Assembly: GCA_951406725.2 (NCBI GenBank)
Contig: OX597824.1
Span: forward strand, 94,612,001-94,676,000
Direction: 5' to 3'
Source: Octopus vulgaris
Taxonomy: Eukaryota
Length of the DNA stretch: 64,000 bases
Position 1 is the stretch's first letter. Every line of letters starts with the position of its first letter. Below, piece by piece: positions 39,176 to 53,217 of the stretch. A program made the translations under genes and the position numbers. Under the pieces are notes generated by a model that worked only from the letters and a program-made list of their open reading frames with translations, was not told the origin of the DNA and did no database searches.

Positions 39176-40515
39176 TAGTAAAGATATTTCCTGACAATTT
39201 CTATATATTTTATGTGTCAGTGAGATCAGAAAATACTGAAAACAAGCTTCTCAGAGAATCTTGCCAAACATTAAAACCATGACACTATCAAAACTGAAAG
39301 TCTTGCCATAGCTTACATAGCGCCATATCGTGTAAGTCACGTGAATGAGTGTACGTGCGTGCTTTTGTGAGCGTGTGTGTATGTGTGTGTGAATTTATGT
39401 ATGTGTTGGCAATGTGTGTATGATTGAGCGTTTGAGAGGTGAGAGAGAAAGTGGTAGGGGGAAGCAGAAGTTAAGGAATACCAAGAAAGAGATGGGGGAG
39501 AGGGTGTCCGAGGAAAAGAATACTGAGAATGAGGGAGGGGGAATAGAGAGAAGAATTGATAGATTAGTTGTTAGATAAAGAGAGGGAGAGGTAGTGTGAG
39601 GGGGGCTGAAGAAAAGAATAAAGAGATGTGGTAAAGGGGGAATACAGAGAAGAGAGAGGGATTGATAGGTTGATAGATACAGTGAGAGAGAGTGAGAGGG
39701 ATTGGGAGGGAAAAGAGTATGAAGAAAGAGAGGGAAAGGTGAACGGGGGGAGGAATTGATTAGATAAGGTGTTAGATAGAGACAAAGATTGATAGATAGG
39801 TTGTTTGAGAGAGGGGGGAGGTAGTGAGAGCGACTGAGGAAACGAATACAAATACGAGTGAGGGATTGATAGATAGGTTGTTAGGAAGAGAGAGGAGGAA
39901 CAGAGAGAAATAGTAAACGAAGTGTAGAACAAAAAAAGAAAGAAAGAAAAGAAAACAGTCCGGACGTTACGTGTGTGTATGTCTGTGTGTGTGTGTGTGT
40001 GTGTGTCTGTGTGTGTGTGCAAATGTGCGTGTGCACATGTATATGTATGCGTTTGTTTGTGTGGTGTGTGTGTGTGGTGTACGTGCAAAATATGCATTTA
40101 TTGGAAAAATACCAGTTTATTAACAAATATGTAAAAAGGCAAAGAAAAGTCGAGAGAGAAATAAACAGTATGAGAGAAAAGAAAACACATTTTCCATTCT
40201 CGTATACAATATACACACAAACACACGTATAATATATAATATATAAGTAGGTGAGGTAAAGTGCAGGGTAGAGCGACAAGGGTTAGAATATTAAACAACT
40301 TCTATCAAGTTACAATAACAAACTTGAGAAATGAGAACAAATATTTTTGCATAATAACTAACGGTAATGATGGCGATGATAATATTTTCTTATTATTGGG
40401 CAACAAAGGCCCAAAGACGTTGGCGGACATAACAAGGACGAGATACAAAGTAGCGGGAGATACATCGTGTAAAATAGGGGACTTACAACAACAACAATAA
40501 CAACAGATAATAATA

Positions 40516-40656
40516 TTAGGTTGTCCCAAAAGTTCGTAAACACTTGCGAAAATTGAATTTTTACTCGCCAAGTACTAACAAAAACAACAAAAATTATTCC
40601 TCAAAATAAAGACCATTATTTTCCAAGACTTTCTACGAACTTTTGGGACAACCTTA
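40516..40656. mobile_element. Mariner-type MITE, 141 bp
   Basis: 23-bp TIR T(T/A)AGGTTGTCCCAAAAGTTCGTA with TA on both sides. Confidence 0.85.
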
Positions 40657-41223
40657 TATAAAGGTTAACGGGAAGTTTAACGTAAAAAAAAGTTGAAACT
40701 TAATTGTCCTTAAAAATGAAAGTAAATTGCGATTGAGACCGGAAGTGACGACAATAAACTTTGGTAACAGCATTGGACTATGGAGGATTTATTTACGTCA
40801 TGTCTTCATGAACATCAGTAGAGAAACAAATTTAGAGATTGTTAAAAATTATCCATGAATTTCTTTTCGAGCATCAATACTTATGATTTCCCGTAAATGT
40901 GATTATTTTCAAGCAAATGTACGGTTTTCATGTTATATTGAATATATATACTTTCTGTACCCGTTGTGGGCAAACTGCTGCACGTGGGATATTTCAACTG
41001 GCACGCCAAACGAAAATTTTAATTTTTTAGTAGCATGGCCCGCCTGATGATTAACCATGTCTCATGCGGCCCACTTCTCGAAATATGCGGCCCATGACTC
41101 TTCTATACATTAGTTATGTTACATACAATGGTTACAGGAAATTATGGCATGTCGATGTCTTCACTTCCGGTCTCTGTCACAATTTGTCTTCATTTTTCTG
41201 GATGATTGACTTCAACACTTTAA

Positions 41224-41438
41224 GGCGGCGAGCTGGCAGAAACGTTAGCAGGCCGGGCGAAATGCTCAGCGGTATTTCGTCTGCCGTTACGTTCTGGGTT
41301 CAAATTCTGCCGAGGTCGACTTTGCCTTTCATCCTTTCGGGATCGATAAATTAAGTACCAGTTGCGTACTGGAGTCGATCTAATCGACTGATCCCCTCCC
41401 CCAAAATTTCTGGCCTTGAGCCTAGAATAGAAAAGAAT
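41224..41438 (+). mobile_element. SINE family B, full length, tail B
   Basis: Head, B box GGTTCAAATTC, Nin-like domain, tail CCTTGAGCCTAGAATAGAAAAGAAT. Confidence 0.88.
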
Positions 41439-42184
41439 GATAAATTGTCATGTGCACATGTGTGTGCGTATATAAAATTATATGTTTATATATGTACATA
41501 GAGTATATACGCATATATATGTTTACATATACATATGTATGTATGTGCGTATGTATGTATATAATATATTTATATATATGTATATGTATGTGTATGTGTG
41601 TATATATATATATGTATGTGTGTGTGTGTGTGTGTAGTATACCTAGTACATATTAGTACAATATAATATTTAGAACTACATTATCAAAAATATTATTTCT
41701 CAGAATGCGATTCAAAGAGTTCTCCCGTCAATCCAAGAATCAGTGTCTGAGGTGTGGCAATGGCATACGATATGATTAGGAAAGTGTTCGTTTACCGCAC
41801 AGTTCTGTGTTACAACCGTTCATAAGCAAAACCCCACGATAAAAAAACCAACATTTTTGCTCAGTAAAGGATATATCTTTCAGATGCTTAACATTTTGAG
41901 AAGATAAGCCCCACCAACAGTAGCAACAACAACATGCATATCATAGCCAGCATGCAATATATTCAGGAATTTGCGATTGTATGTTATCGCTTCTAGACTT
42001 ATTCGTGGCTGATACAGGATTAATGACCCTCCCCCCCTCAAAATTGTCTCGATTCATATTATGTAATGTGTCCCCATAAGTTTTTAAAGATGGTTTTGGT
42101 ACCATTTAAGGAATGTATGGCAGTGATTTCCTGTAGATTTGGCGACTATTTAGAAGCTACTTCGATATTCGAAGAATCTGTGGG

Positions 42185-42560
42185 AGAAGGCAACTCTTTA
42201 CTCAACATTGGTTAATGAGATTTGATTTGCCGTTAATTATATCAAAAGTTTCAGATTTACGCAAATTATATATAACTAACTTTATACGGTTGTGCATGCA
42301 ATTTCATACACAATCTCTTTGTCGGCAAGCATCCATAGAAAACTAGCTAAAGATGTAAAATTAGCTTTACTCCTACATTTAAAGTTGCAAATGTGATTAT
42401 AATATCTGCATTTAAACTTACTTGAGGCAGCCCCAATATATTCATAGGCGTTTTTAAGTGCACGCATGATATTCTTACTAAAACAATATCCATCGGGTGG
42501 ACACAAAGATCTATTTCTAACATTGCAAAGTTTATTTACTCGAGGGTTACTATTTACAGC
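42185..42560 (-). pseudogene. Penelope-like GIY-YIG endonuclease remnant with Cys-rich linker
   Basis: KLCNVRNRSLCPPDGYC (CxC..CPLDGxC motif), YIGAASSKFKCRYYNH, TSLASFLWML. Confidence 0.75.
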
Positions 42561-42896
42561 CGTACTAAAAAGTGTGTCTATAATTTATATTTCTGGTCGT
42601 ATTGGTTCGAGTTGGGTTAAAGACAAGGTGAGTAGTATTTGCTTTAGGTTTATCAGTTAGATATTTCATATTTCCTCATTCAAGATTAATTGCTACCATA
42701 GTATTAATTAATACATTTTACGCCAGGCTACCCCGCAATGTCAGTCACCAAACTCACTCACAAGGTATTAGTCGGCCTGAGCTTATAGAAGACACATGTG
42801 CAAAGTGCCAAACAGTGGAATTGAATCCGGAATCACGTGATTGCAAAGCGAGCTTCTTAACAACACAGCTAAGCGTGTAAAGTGACTTTGTTTTTG

Positions 42897-42949
<53 letters not shown>

Positions 42950-42979
42950 ATTTGCTTTTGGCTGATCTTAAAAGTCACC

Positions 42980-43162
42980 ATGATAGATCGTTAGCCACTA
43001 CACACATTTTTTTTTCTCCTTGTTTTTTTTTCTGTGTCCCTTTCTGTAGAAGAGCGTAGGCTCGAAACGTAAAAGACTTTTTCTATTCCTGAGCGTTATA
43101 CTAATATATCTGTTTGTTTTCTACACCACCTGTCTTCGTCTTTTGTTTTTTTCGTAAACTCT

Positions 43163-43165
<3 letters not shown>
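42980..43165 (+). mobile_element. Hammerhead-like element family R1
   Basis: CTTT-CTGTAGA-A-GAGC(GTAG)GCTC-GAAACGT-A-AAAG at 43040-43075. Ends at (TA)n. Confidence 0.75.
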
Positions 43166-43210
<45 letters not shown>

Positions 43211-43678
43211 TGGTTATGAAATATGAGCTACACCTAGCTGACACCGTAGCCAAGCTTCATAACGAGTCGGCTAGCTACAGCTCTTTTAATATAATTACTC
43301 TTGTAGCTGTAACAGAAAAATTCAGTGAAGCGGAACGGTACTTAATGGAATAGATCTATAGTAATAAATGATTTGTTGGTAATTGTACTGTCTGAAACGA
43401 TATTAAAAAGAGTTTTCAGATTTCATTGACACACGTTTGTTTGCAGCGTAGATGAGGTTAAATACTATCAGCAACAGCTTCTTCCGCTTTCATGTGAGAG
43501 CTGCTTAACCAAATAAATTACATTGATACCCCTACCCATTGACAAAAAAAAAAGATCTACCCTATATACTAAGTGAAAAATAGTTGCTTTCGTTTCAGCC
43601 CTACTCCTGCTTGGGTTTTTAGTGCACCCCGGTTGGTTGGTGACTCCCTTGACCTTGTATAAATTTCTATTGCATAAT

Positions 43679-44095
43679 AGGCGCAGGAGTGGTTGTGTGG
43701 TAAGTAGCTTGCTTACCAGCCACATGGTTCCGGGTTCAGTCCCACTGCGTGGCATCTTGAGCAAGTGTCTTCTGCTATAGCCCCCGGGCCGACCAATGCC
43801 TTGTGAGTGGATTTGGTAGACGGAAACTGAAAGAAGCCTGTCGTATATATGTATATATATATATATATGTATGTGTATGTGTTTGTGTGTCTGTGTTTGT
43901 CCCCCTAGCATTGCTTGACAACCGATGCTTGTGTGTTTACGTCCCCGTCACTTAGCGGTTCGGCAAAAGAGACCAATAGAATAAGTACTGGGCTTACAAA
44001 GAATAAGTCCCGGGGTCGATTTGCTCGACTAAAGGCGGTGCTCCAGCATGGCCGCAGTCAAATGACTGAAACAAGTAAAAGAGTAAAAAGAGAAT
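43679..44095 (+). mobile_element. SINE family A, full length, young subfamily
   Basis: Complete head-to-tail copy. Confidence 0.92.
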
Positions 44096-44305
44096 AATAC
44101 AATTTATACCTAACTTATCCACGTTAATATATACATGTATATGCTTGGTATATTTGTAAACATTTCAGTTACGGCATATAATTATCAACTATAGTACTCA
44201 TTTCTTCGTAGAGCGTAGTTTCGTTCTTCGGACCTGTGGATTATGGGTCCAGCATGTTTCCACAGAGCCACTCGGGTCATCGAGTAATTAAGCAAATATA
44301 TATTA

Positions 44306-44503
44306 CTAGCAGTATCACCCGGCGTTGCTCGGGTTTGTAAGGGAAATAACTATATAAGCATTTTTAGAGAGTTACTGCCCTTATATAAACCGAGCAAAAA
44401 ATGCATTAAAAAAACAAAAAAATGATGGTAAATTTTTTTTTAATCGTAGACTCATCGTAGACACGCGCTAATACCCAGAAGGGCTCGATATAAATCACGA
44501 CTA
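44306..44503 (-). mobile_element. Helitron 3' fragment (H1-type end, different body)
   Basis: CTAGCAGTATCACCCGGCGTTGCTCGGGTTTGT shared with H1, then unrelated sequence. Confidence 0.65.
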
Positions 44504-44513
44504 TATATATATG

Positions 44514-44575
<62 letters not shown>

Positions 44576-44576
<1 letters not shown>

Positions 44577-44787
44577 TCTCTTTACTCTCTTTTACTTGTT
44601 TCAGTCATTTGACTGCGGCCATGCTAGAGCTCCGCCTTTAGTCGAGCAAATCGACCCCGGGACTTATTCTTTGTAAGCCCAGTACTTATTCTATCGGTCT
44701 CTTTTGCCGAACCGCTAAGTGACGGGGACGTAAACACACCAGCATCGGTTGTCAAGCAATGCTAGGGGGACAAACACAGACACACAA

Positions 44788-44870
<83 letters not shown>

Positions 44871-45036
44871 TACGACAGGCTTCTTTCAGTTTCCGTCTAC
44901 CAAATCCACTCACAAGGCATTGGTCGGCTCGGGGCTATAGCAGAAGACACTTGCCCAAGATGCCACGCAGTGGGACTGAACCCGGAACCATGTGGTTGGT
45001 TAGCAAGCTACTTACCACACAGCCACTCCTGCGCCT
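44576..45036 (-). mobile_element. SINE family A, full length, young subfamily
   Basis: Complete copy, inverted relative to 43679-44095. Confidence 0.92.
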
Positions 45037-45542
45037 ACGTCTACAGTTATATCGAAACCACAATCTTGCGATTGTGAGTGCAGTACTCCGACCACAAGGC
45101 CATGCGCCTTCTTTCGTTTATTCTACTCCATTGCTATTGATAAAATAAATCTCAGCAACACATCAGATCCGGCAAAGCATATACTGTGTTCACAGACAGC
45201 AAGGCTACCTGCTTGATACCCAAGGTTTCGTTTATTACTTAGTCTGTTATGTCATACCCAGTAGCATGAAAGCTAAGGTCAGAGTTAGCTTTATACGTTT
45301 ATCTTAACATATGTTGAGAGATAAAATTACTCTGAAGCTATCGGATATTATTACTTGGATAGTTTTGTAGAAGTGATAAGAGCCTCTGTAAGATAATCAA
45401 TATTGTAAAGTAGACAATTACACTCCCCCGTGCTAATTGGAAGGTGGGAATTTGTTAAAGACCATTTGGTTCATTGGATAACCTGAGTGAACTCTGCGAG
45501 GATGGGGTCTAACAATTCACGCAAATTAAAAAATGCCAAATG

Positions 45543-45689
45543 CAGTAATCCCTCGTTATATCGCGGTTCACTTATCGCGGTTTATTATTTAAGCTTACGT
45601 CGATTCCTCCGTGGTGTTGTTTTGCATTTATAATAAAATAAATATATACAAATTATAAAAGTAATAAAAAATATATACAGTACAGTATA
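45543..45689 (+). mobile_element. Tigger/pogo-like MITE, left part
   Basis: CAGTAATCCCTCG start. Homologous to 63270-63420. Confidence 0.7.
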
Positions 45690-46225
45690 TTGCTTACCAA
45701 CCGCATGGTTCTGGGTTCAGTTCCACTGCGTGGTACTTTGGGCAAGTGCCTTCTACTATAGCTTCGGGGTTGACCAAATCCTTGTAAGTGGATTTGGTTG
45801 ACGGAAACTGAAAGAAGCCCGTCGTATATATGTGTGTTTGTGCGTCTGTATTTGTCCCCCACCATCGCTGACTGTGGCCATGCTGGAGCACTGTCTTTAT
45901 CAAGCAAATCGAATCCAGGATTTATTTTTTGTAAGCCTAGTACTTATTCTATCGGTCTCTTTTGCCGAACCGCTAAGTTACGAGGACGTAAACACACCAG
46001 CATCGGTTGTCAAGCGATGTTGGGGTGACAAACACAGACACACAAACATATACACACACATACATATATATATATACATATATACAACGGGCTTCTTTCA
46101 GTTTCCATCTACCAAATCCACTCACAAGGCTTTGGTCGACCCGAGGCTACAGTAGAAGACATGTGCCCAAGGTGCCACGCAGTGGGACTGAACCCGGAAC
46201 CATGTAGTTCGTAAGCAAGCTACTT
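45690..46225. mobile_element. SINE A head (+) abutting SINE A (-)
   Basis: Orientation flips at about 45867. Confidence 0.8.
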
Positions 46226-46374
46226 TATTTCATTAAATTTGTTATTAAGACAGTACATAGATTAGGTAGATTGTGGGCTGGACAATACATTAATGAAATG
46301 AATGATAATGATGTAAGGATGGGAGAAGACAGAAAGCGCCCGCCGACCCTCACGCCTATACAAAATATAAAAAG

Positions 46375-46792
46375 GGATCATTTCGGTTTGAACGGCAGTT
46401 TTTTCTAGCGGTGTCATATGAAATTGTCACCCATAATTATGACCCTAGTATCGATCTATTGCATTTCAATCTATTTTAGGGTTAGGGGTAGGGGTGGGGG
46501 GAAGGGTATCTTTGTTTCTTCAGAAATGCAAATAAACCCAATCTGTTTCTTAAACGAGGGACATATTCATACGGTACAGAATGTTTTCACCTCAATAGAC
46601 GTCATTGATTGGTTGAAATTGCAGAAATTGAAGAAAAACAACAACAAATATCTTACAAACTATAGAATTTTCTCAATAAAGCCAAGAGAAAAAGATGTTT
46701 TATAAACACGTTCTACCAGTATACGAAGTTTAAAAGTGTTTAGTTACATGGAAATTAGTTTTTAAAAACTGTTGTTCAAACCGAAAAGATCC
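46375..46792. mobile_element. TIR MITE containing TTAGGG-like repeats
   Basis: 29-bp TIR GGATC(A/T)TTTCGGTTTGAAC(GG/AA)CAGTTTTT. Internal TTAGGGTTAGGGGTAGGGG. Confidence 0.8.
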
Positions 46793-47224
46793 GCGCCCGC
46801 CGACCCTCACGCCTATACAAAATTTTAAAAAAATTATAAAATTAATATGTATATTCTATGTATTTCCTTCTTTTCTTCGATTTTAACTTTCAAATTTCTA
46901 ATCCCGCCAAATATAGTGTAGAAATAATTACCTCCCTTGCACTAACAGTTCGCCGAGGAACACCGCGTAATAATAATAACACTAATAACAAAACTAAACG
47001 GGAAAAGAAGACGAAAGAACTCTTCTGCACAGCTAGTTAAGTAGGAAAGTAGGTAAGACTCATTAAGTGTCGAGTTACTGTATAAATAGCTCGTTAGTGT
47101 TAATCATAATCTGTATTCAACCAGCTAGCTTGTATCCGATTAACTCTACCACAGCTAAACGTTTAATACTTTCTTCATTGAAACGGTTTTGTTCAAAATT
47201 TAACGCAATACACACACACATAGT

Positions 47225-47385
47225 GGCATTCTGTCGGTTACGACGACGAGGGTCCCAGTTGATCCGATCAACGGAACAGCCTGCTCGTGAAATTAACGTG
47301 CAAGTGGCCGAGAACTCCACAGACACGTTTGCCCTTAACGTAGTTCTCGGGGAGATTCAGCATGGCACAGAGTGTAACAAGGCTT
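47225..47385 (-). mobile_element. SINE family C tail type 2 fragment
   Basis: Homologous to 62845-63003. Confidence 0.75.
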
Positions 47386-47484
47386 GCATGTGTACGCCCA
47401 TGGTTAAACATAGGTAATGTACCAGTAGTGTAATGGATACTTCTATCCCTTAGATGGTTATTTTAACCTCTAACTCAGCTAACC

Positions 47485-47528
<44 letters not shown>

Positions 47529-49151
47529 AAGGCACTTGTCAACCGGTGTTGGTTCGTTTACGTCCCGTAACTCAGCGGTTCGGCAGAAAAGGCTGATAGA
47601 ATAAGTACTAGGCTAAAAAAAAGGAAAGGTCCTAGGGTCGACTTGTTCTATTAAAAAATCCGTTCAAGGCAGTGCCCCAGCGTGGCCGCAGTCAAATGAC
47701 TGAAACAAGTACAAGATAAAAGGTGTGTCTGCGTGCACGTGTACACATATATTCTGCTGTTTTGTATTATGTATATTAAAGATGCGTGGCTTAGAGTTTA
47801 AGATGTTGAGTCGGCGATCACGAGGACGTGAATTCGATTCCCGGACCGGATTCTATGTTATGCCCTTCAACAAGGCCGTTCGTTTCATCTTGCTCCATTT
47901 CACTCAACTTGTGAGCAACTAGCGTCCCGTCAAGTAGGATCCTTCAGCGGCGGGAGTAATAATTCTCCAACGTCCTGTTGCCCGTTATAGGAAGTCTATC
48001 ACGATAACCCCCAACTGCCCATAATCCATGACTTGATGATTACAAAAACACCTGTAATGACATTTATAATAGCATTTAGTGTGAAGTATTCTGTGAAATG
48101 CTTCATCTAACTGCTATTGCAAGTAGCCAAAGACGAGGGAGATATTTAGAGATTTTGAGAGAAGGTGGAAGAAAAAAAGCTGAGAGAAAATATATTTTGT
48201 ATGTAATTGTATGAGCCGTTAATAGAATTAAGGCAGGTGATTCTATGAAATGGAAAAGAATTTGAAGTGTTTAACGAAAAGATTTCCAGTAAAAAGGTGG
48301 TTATTCTTTAAATACATTCCATGATGATGTTTTAGTTATATGTCTACAACAAGAAACATAGTTGTAGTTCTTGTCTAAAATTAAGACAAGGCTTTGAACT
48401 GGAATTCGAATCCTGACAACGATGAAGCTGAGGATATAAGATTACCAGGAAAAGCAACGGGTAATACACGCGATTTCCTGTTGTGATGGCAGCTACAAGA
48501 CAGATAATAATATCTTCACAAATGTAGCAGGGTGAGAATTTTTGATTTGAAATTTAGGAATTACCAAGAAAATGATGCACAGAATTCAGATTTTAATTGA
48601 TGTTTGTCTACTTATTACAAAGTTGGTGGCAATAATGCTAAGCACTGTTTCATTCTTTTTGGCAATCGTCAGCATGATGTAACCAGTGACTTATTAATTA
48701 AACCTTATTTTACGAAGTTAGACATTTCATAAACGATTAAATTAATTATACAATCTGGAAAAAATTCATTGGAATCTGTCCTAGAATGTTAGTAATTTAG
48801 GAATACAGACAAAAAACAGAGAGAGAGAGAACGTTCTTAGTTACATACAGAATAACAGACGTTTCTAGAAGAATTCTTTCTTGTAAAAATGCCCTACAGT
48901 AGCCAATAATTTCAACATCAGCTACAAACAATTCTACAAGGCGGTGGAATATTTTCTTCCAAAAGTACTCATAAAAGAGGCTTCTTTTAATTGGAAATTA
49001 TTCAGAATGTGATTAAGTATGGTTTTCATTAACTCAACATCTTTAAATGACGTGAACCACTTGCAGACTACATTCATCATAATTTGATCAAAAATTCAAT
49101 GATTTTCTTCAGTCTCTGGAATGTAAGTCACAGAGTAAAGTTTGTATCTCA

Positions 49152-49234
<83 letters not shown>

Positions 49235-49484
49235 GATAGATAGATAGATAGATATGAACAGAAAATGGAGAAATAGTATTTTATTTTGGTATGTTTCGGT
49301 GAATACCGGAAGTTCTAGAAGAAAATGTCTCGTTATGAAATGAATTCTGATTTCGGCATCGTAATCTTGCATCTGCTGCCGATTATTCAATAGTTGAAAT
49401 GTTATCTAAACACTGAGTAAGCTTCCACTGTGGTCTTTCGTCACCAGGTGTACGCTGATTAAAGTTCCATATAAAAACACTGGC

Positions 49485-49935
<451 letters not shown>

Positions 49936-50535
49936 AGAGGATAGCTTAAATAATGAAATTCTCAAGAGTGTGGGGGAAACGCTGGGAGTTTCGATTTCTC
50001 TCCTGTAACGAATACGATAGACCGCTGTGTATCGTTGTGCACACAGCCTGATGTGCAACCCGATAAGGGCCTTGTGTAACTGTAGGGCAGATATGTGGAT
50101 CACATTTCGTCGATTACACAACAATCCACATGCTATAAGTCTGCTGGGTCAGGTCTAATTAAAATTACTGAACAGCAACGAAAAGGAATGTAAAGTCGAA
50201 TGTTTGTGATACTTAAAGTGTTCCATACTTCGAAATATTTATCCAAAGTAAATTTCTACTTGTTGATAATAAATATATTTACTTACAAATATTTCCGTTC
50301 GTTTATGAAAGAAAAGATGGTGCGATAGGTACGGCTCGACGGTCTCTAACAAGATGATGATAATGCAACACATTTGTTGTGTAGAAATTTAATTCTGAGC
50401 ATCAGAAAGTTAAAGGCCGTTAAGTAACAGTTTTCATCCTGTAACGTATTTCCATATACAAACTTGTACATAACATAAGTTCCAATACATACAGACACAT
50501 ACTCACACAGACACACACACACACAGACACACACA

Positions 50536-50597
<62 letters not shown>

Positions 50598-50879
50598 TAC
50601 ATATGTATACGTGTGTATGTGTGTGTGTGTGTTATAATTTACTTTTCGCCAAACCCACACAATGGTATTACCGTCGCGAAACCAAGATTTTCTACACTTA
50701 AAGAATTTCGGCATTGGTCTCGTGAACCCCACTGTATTGATAGCCCAGAACTCGGGTTGCTTGCTTCTCTGGAATTATCCCCCCTTTATACCCAACCAGG
50801 ACACCATTTCTCCGGGGTTTTTTTTTCGTCCTTATTTTCGTATATGTTCGCTTGCTTTCTTCCAAAGAATCTAGTACTC

Positions 50880-51085
50880 TTAGCTTAGATTTTCTCGGGG
50901 CCGACCAAATTGGAGCAGACTTGAGTATAACCAGCCGAAACTGCAACGACGATCTGGAACTTGACTGACGAAAGAAAGCTCCGAATGACCCGTCCTTGTT
51001 TTTTCCTGTCCTTTTTTTGTTTCATCCAACTGTCCGGATGTTTTGTTGTCGTCTGTTACATTCTTGTTCCATTTTTGGCTTTGTT
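50880..51085 (+). mobile_element. PLE pseudo-LTR-like repeat related to 4775-4985
   Basis: Sequence similarity. Contains CCAGCCGAAAC and CTGACGA motifs. Ends at (TA)n. Confidence 0.5.
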
Positions 51086-51159
51086 TATATATATAATATA
51101 TGTGATGTGTGTGTGTGTATGTGTGTGAATTCTCCCTATATATGTATATATATATATAT

Positions 51160-51206
<47 letters not shown>

Positions 51207-51413
51207 TTATGCAAAAATTAAACTTGTACACGAGTGACTGTGGCTACGGCGTTTTGGTCTGCTGGGCTTCAAAGTTACTGTTACCTGTCTTCTTCGAAAA
51301 GCATAAGTATTTACTCTAGAAAAAGTATATCGTAAGAAATTCCATCCTACCAAGATGATGACTTAACCGCATGGTGAGGCACAAGCCAAGCCCTTGTTAT
51401 AATTATGTATATA

Positions 51414-51449
<36 letters not shown>

Positions 51450-51450
<1 letters not shown>

Positions 51451-51565
51451 GAGTTCAGTCCCACTGCGTAGCACCTTGGGCAAGTGTCTTCTGCTATAGC
51501 CTCGGGCCGACCAAAGCCTTGTGAGTGGATTTGGTAGTCGTAGACGGAAACTGAAAGAAGCCCAT

Positions 51566-51603
<38 letters not shown>

Positions 51604-51808
51604 CGTATGTGTGTGTGTGTGTGTGTTTGTTTCCCCAACATCACTTGACAACCGATGCTGGTGTGTTTAACTTAGCGGTTCGGCAAAAGAGACCGATAGA
51701 ATAAGTACTAGGCTTACAACGAATAAGTTCTGGGGTCGATTTGCTCGACTAAAGGCGGTGCTCCAGCATGGCCGCAGTCAAATGCCTGAAACAAGTAAAA
51801 GAGTAAAG
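51450..51808 (+). mobile_element. SINE family A, 5'-clipped
   Basis: Runs from the B box to the tail. Confidence 0.88.
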
Positions 51809-52678
51809 ATATATATATATATATATAATATACATACATACATACATACATACATACATACATACATACATACATACATACATACATACATACATACAAC
51901 CATAGATATGCAAGTGAGTGAACAAACAGAAGAAAAGGGCACTCAACATATTTAAGTAGGATTTGGTAATCTGAGCCTGAGCAAGCTAAGGTTTCTGTAA
52001 GAAGCCTGCAAAACTCTAAGTCGCATAAAGCCGAATCAAATTGTATTAAATAATGTGTATGTGTGTGAGTATGTATATACATATGCAAGTATATGTTTGT
52101 GTGTAAACTTGTATTCATTGCCTAAATTCTTATCTCTTCGCTGGAGACAAATTTTATCTCTGAACACGATTCATTCTTAGATATCAAAAATTGCGTTTGA
52201 AAAAAATGTTCTCCATTTCGTTACGTTTTCACCCAGAAAAAAAGAAACAAAATATTGGCTGATGGCCATTTTCAACACAAATTACTGTACTTCAATTATG
52301 AAATAGAGAAAATAATATTTATATCCGCTCCTCCTTCGTTGAATATAAATCAACAACCAACGAATTAAGAGATAAGTAGAGAATTAGGGAATCAGGGAAT
52401 GAGGTTTCCTATGTTATACTTATTGGGTTGTCAGATAAATTCGATCGTTGTTTTTCTTCTTGGAATTCCATCGCCATGAAGAGTGTTTCAGCTAAATTTG
52501 AAGATTTTTAATGCTTCGTTTTCTCAAGAACATCTTCATGTGTTGGTGACGGTGTTGGCGAGTATAAAGATTAAAGCTGCAGTAGAGAAAAAGTTAGCCG
52601 CCATGGAGACTTGGACGCCATCGGAATATTGGAAAAGTTACAGGTTTCATGATGATTCGAACCGAGTTTCAAAATATT

Positions 52679-52909
52679 TATTTCTTTATTACCCACAAGG
52701 GACTAAACATAGAGGGGACAAACAAGGACAGACAAAGGTATTAAGTCGATTATATTGACCCCAGTGCGTAACTGGTACTTAATTTATCGACCCCGAAAGG
52801 ATGAAAGGCAAAGTTGACCTCGGCGGAATTTGAACTCAGAACGTAACGGCAGACGAAATACCGCTAAGCATTTCGCCCGGCGTGCTAACGTTTCTGCCAG
52901 CTCGCCGCC
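52679..52909 (-). mobile_element. SINE family B, full length, tail A, with 15-bp TSD
   Basis: TSD GAGTTTCAAAATATT at 52664-52678 and 52910-52924. Confidence 0.93.
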
Positions 52910-53217
52910 GAGTTTCAAAATATTGACATCGTGACTGCAGCTCAATGCTCTGTGAACACTGTAAAGTGATATGGGCAGCTGCAACGGAGACTACGAAGCC
53001 GGGTCGAATAGGAAGGGATACGGCAAGCGTTTTCTTTTCTTTTGATTCAAACTGTCAAGTTCAACCCGAACGCTATGTATGTGTGAAAACAGTCGAAGAA
53101 ATCAGCCCCTGGACTTATTCTTTGTAAGCCTGGTACTTATTCTATCGGTCACTTTTGCCGAACCATTAAGTCACGGGGACATAAACACACCAGCATCGGT
53201 TGTCAAGCAGTGGTTGA

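Noticed and set aside
46476-46500. Interstitial telomere
   Set aside because: Only two TTAGGG units, internal to a TIR element.
52422-52660. Mariner-like left end TATTGGGTTGTC
   Set aside because: No matching right TIR or transposase motif found.
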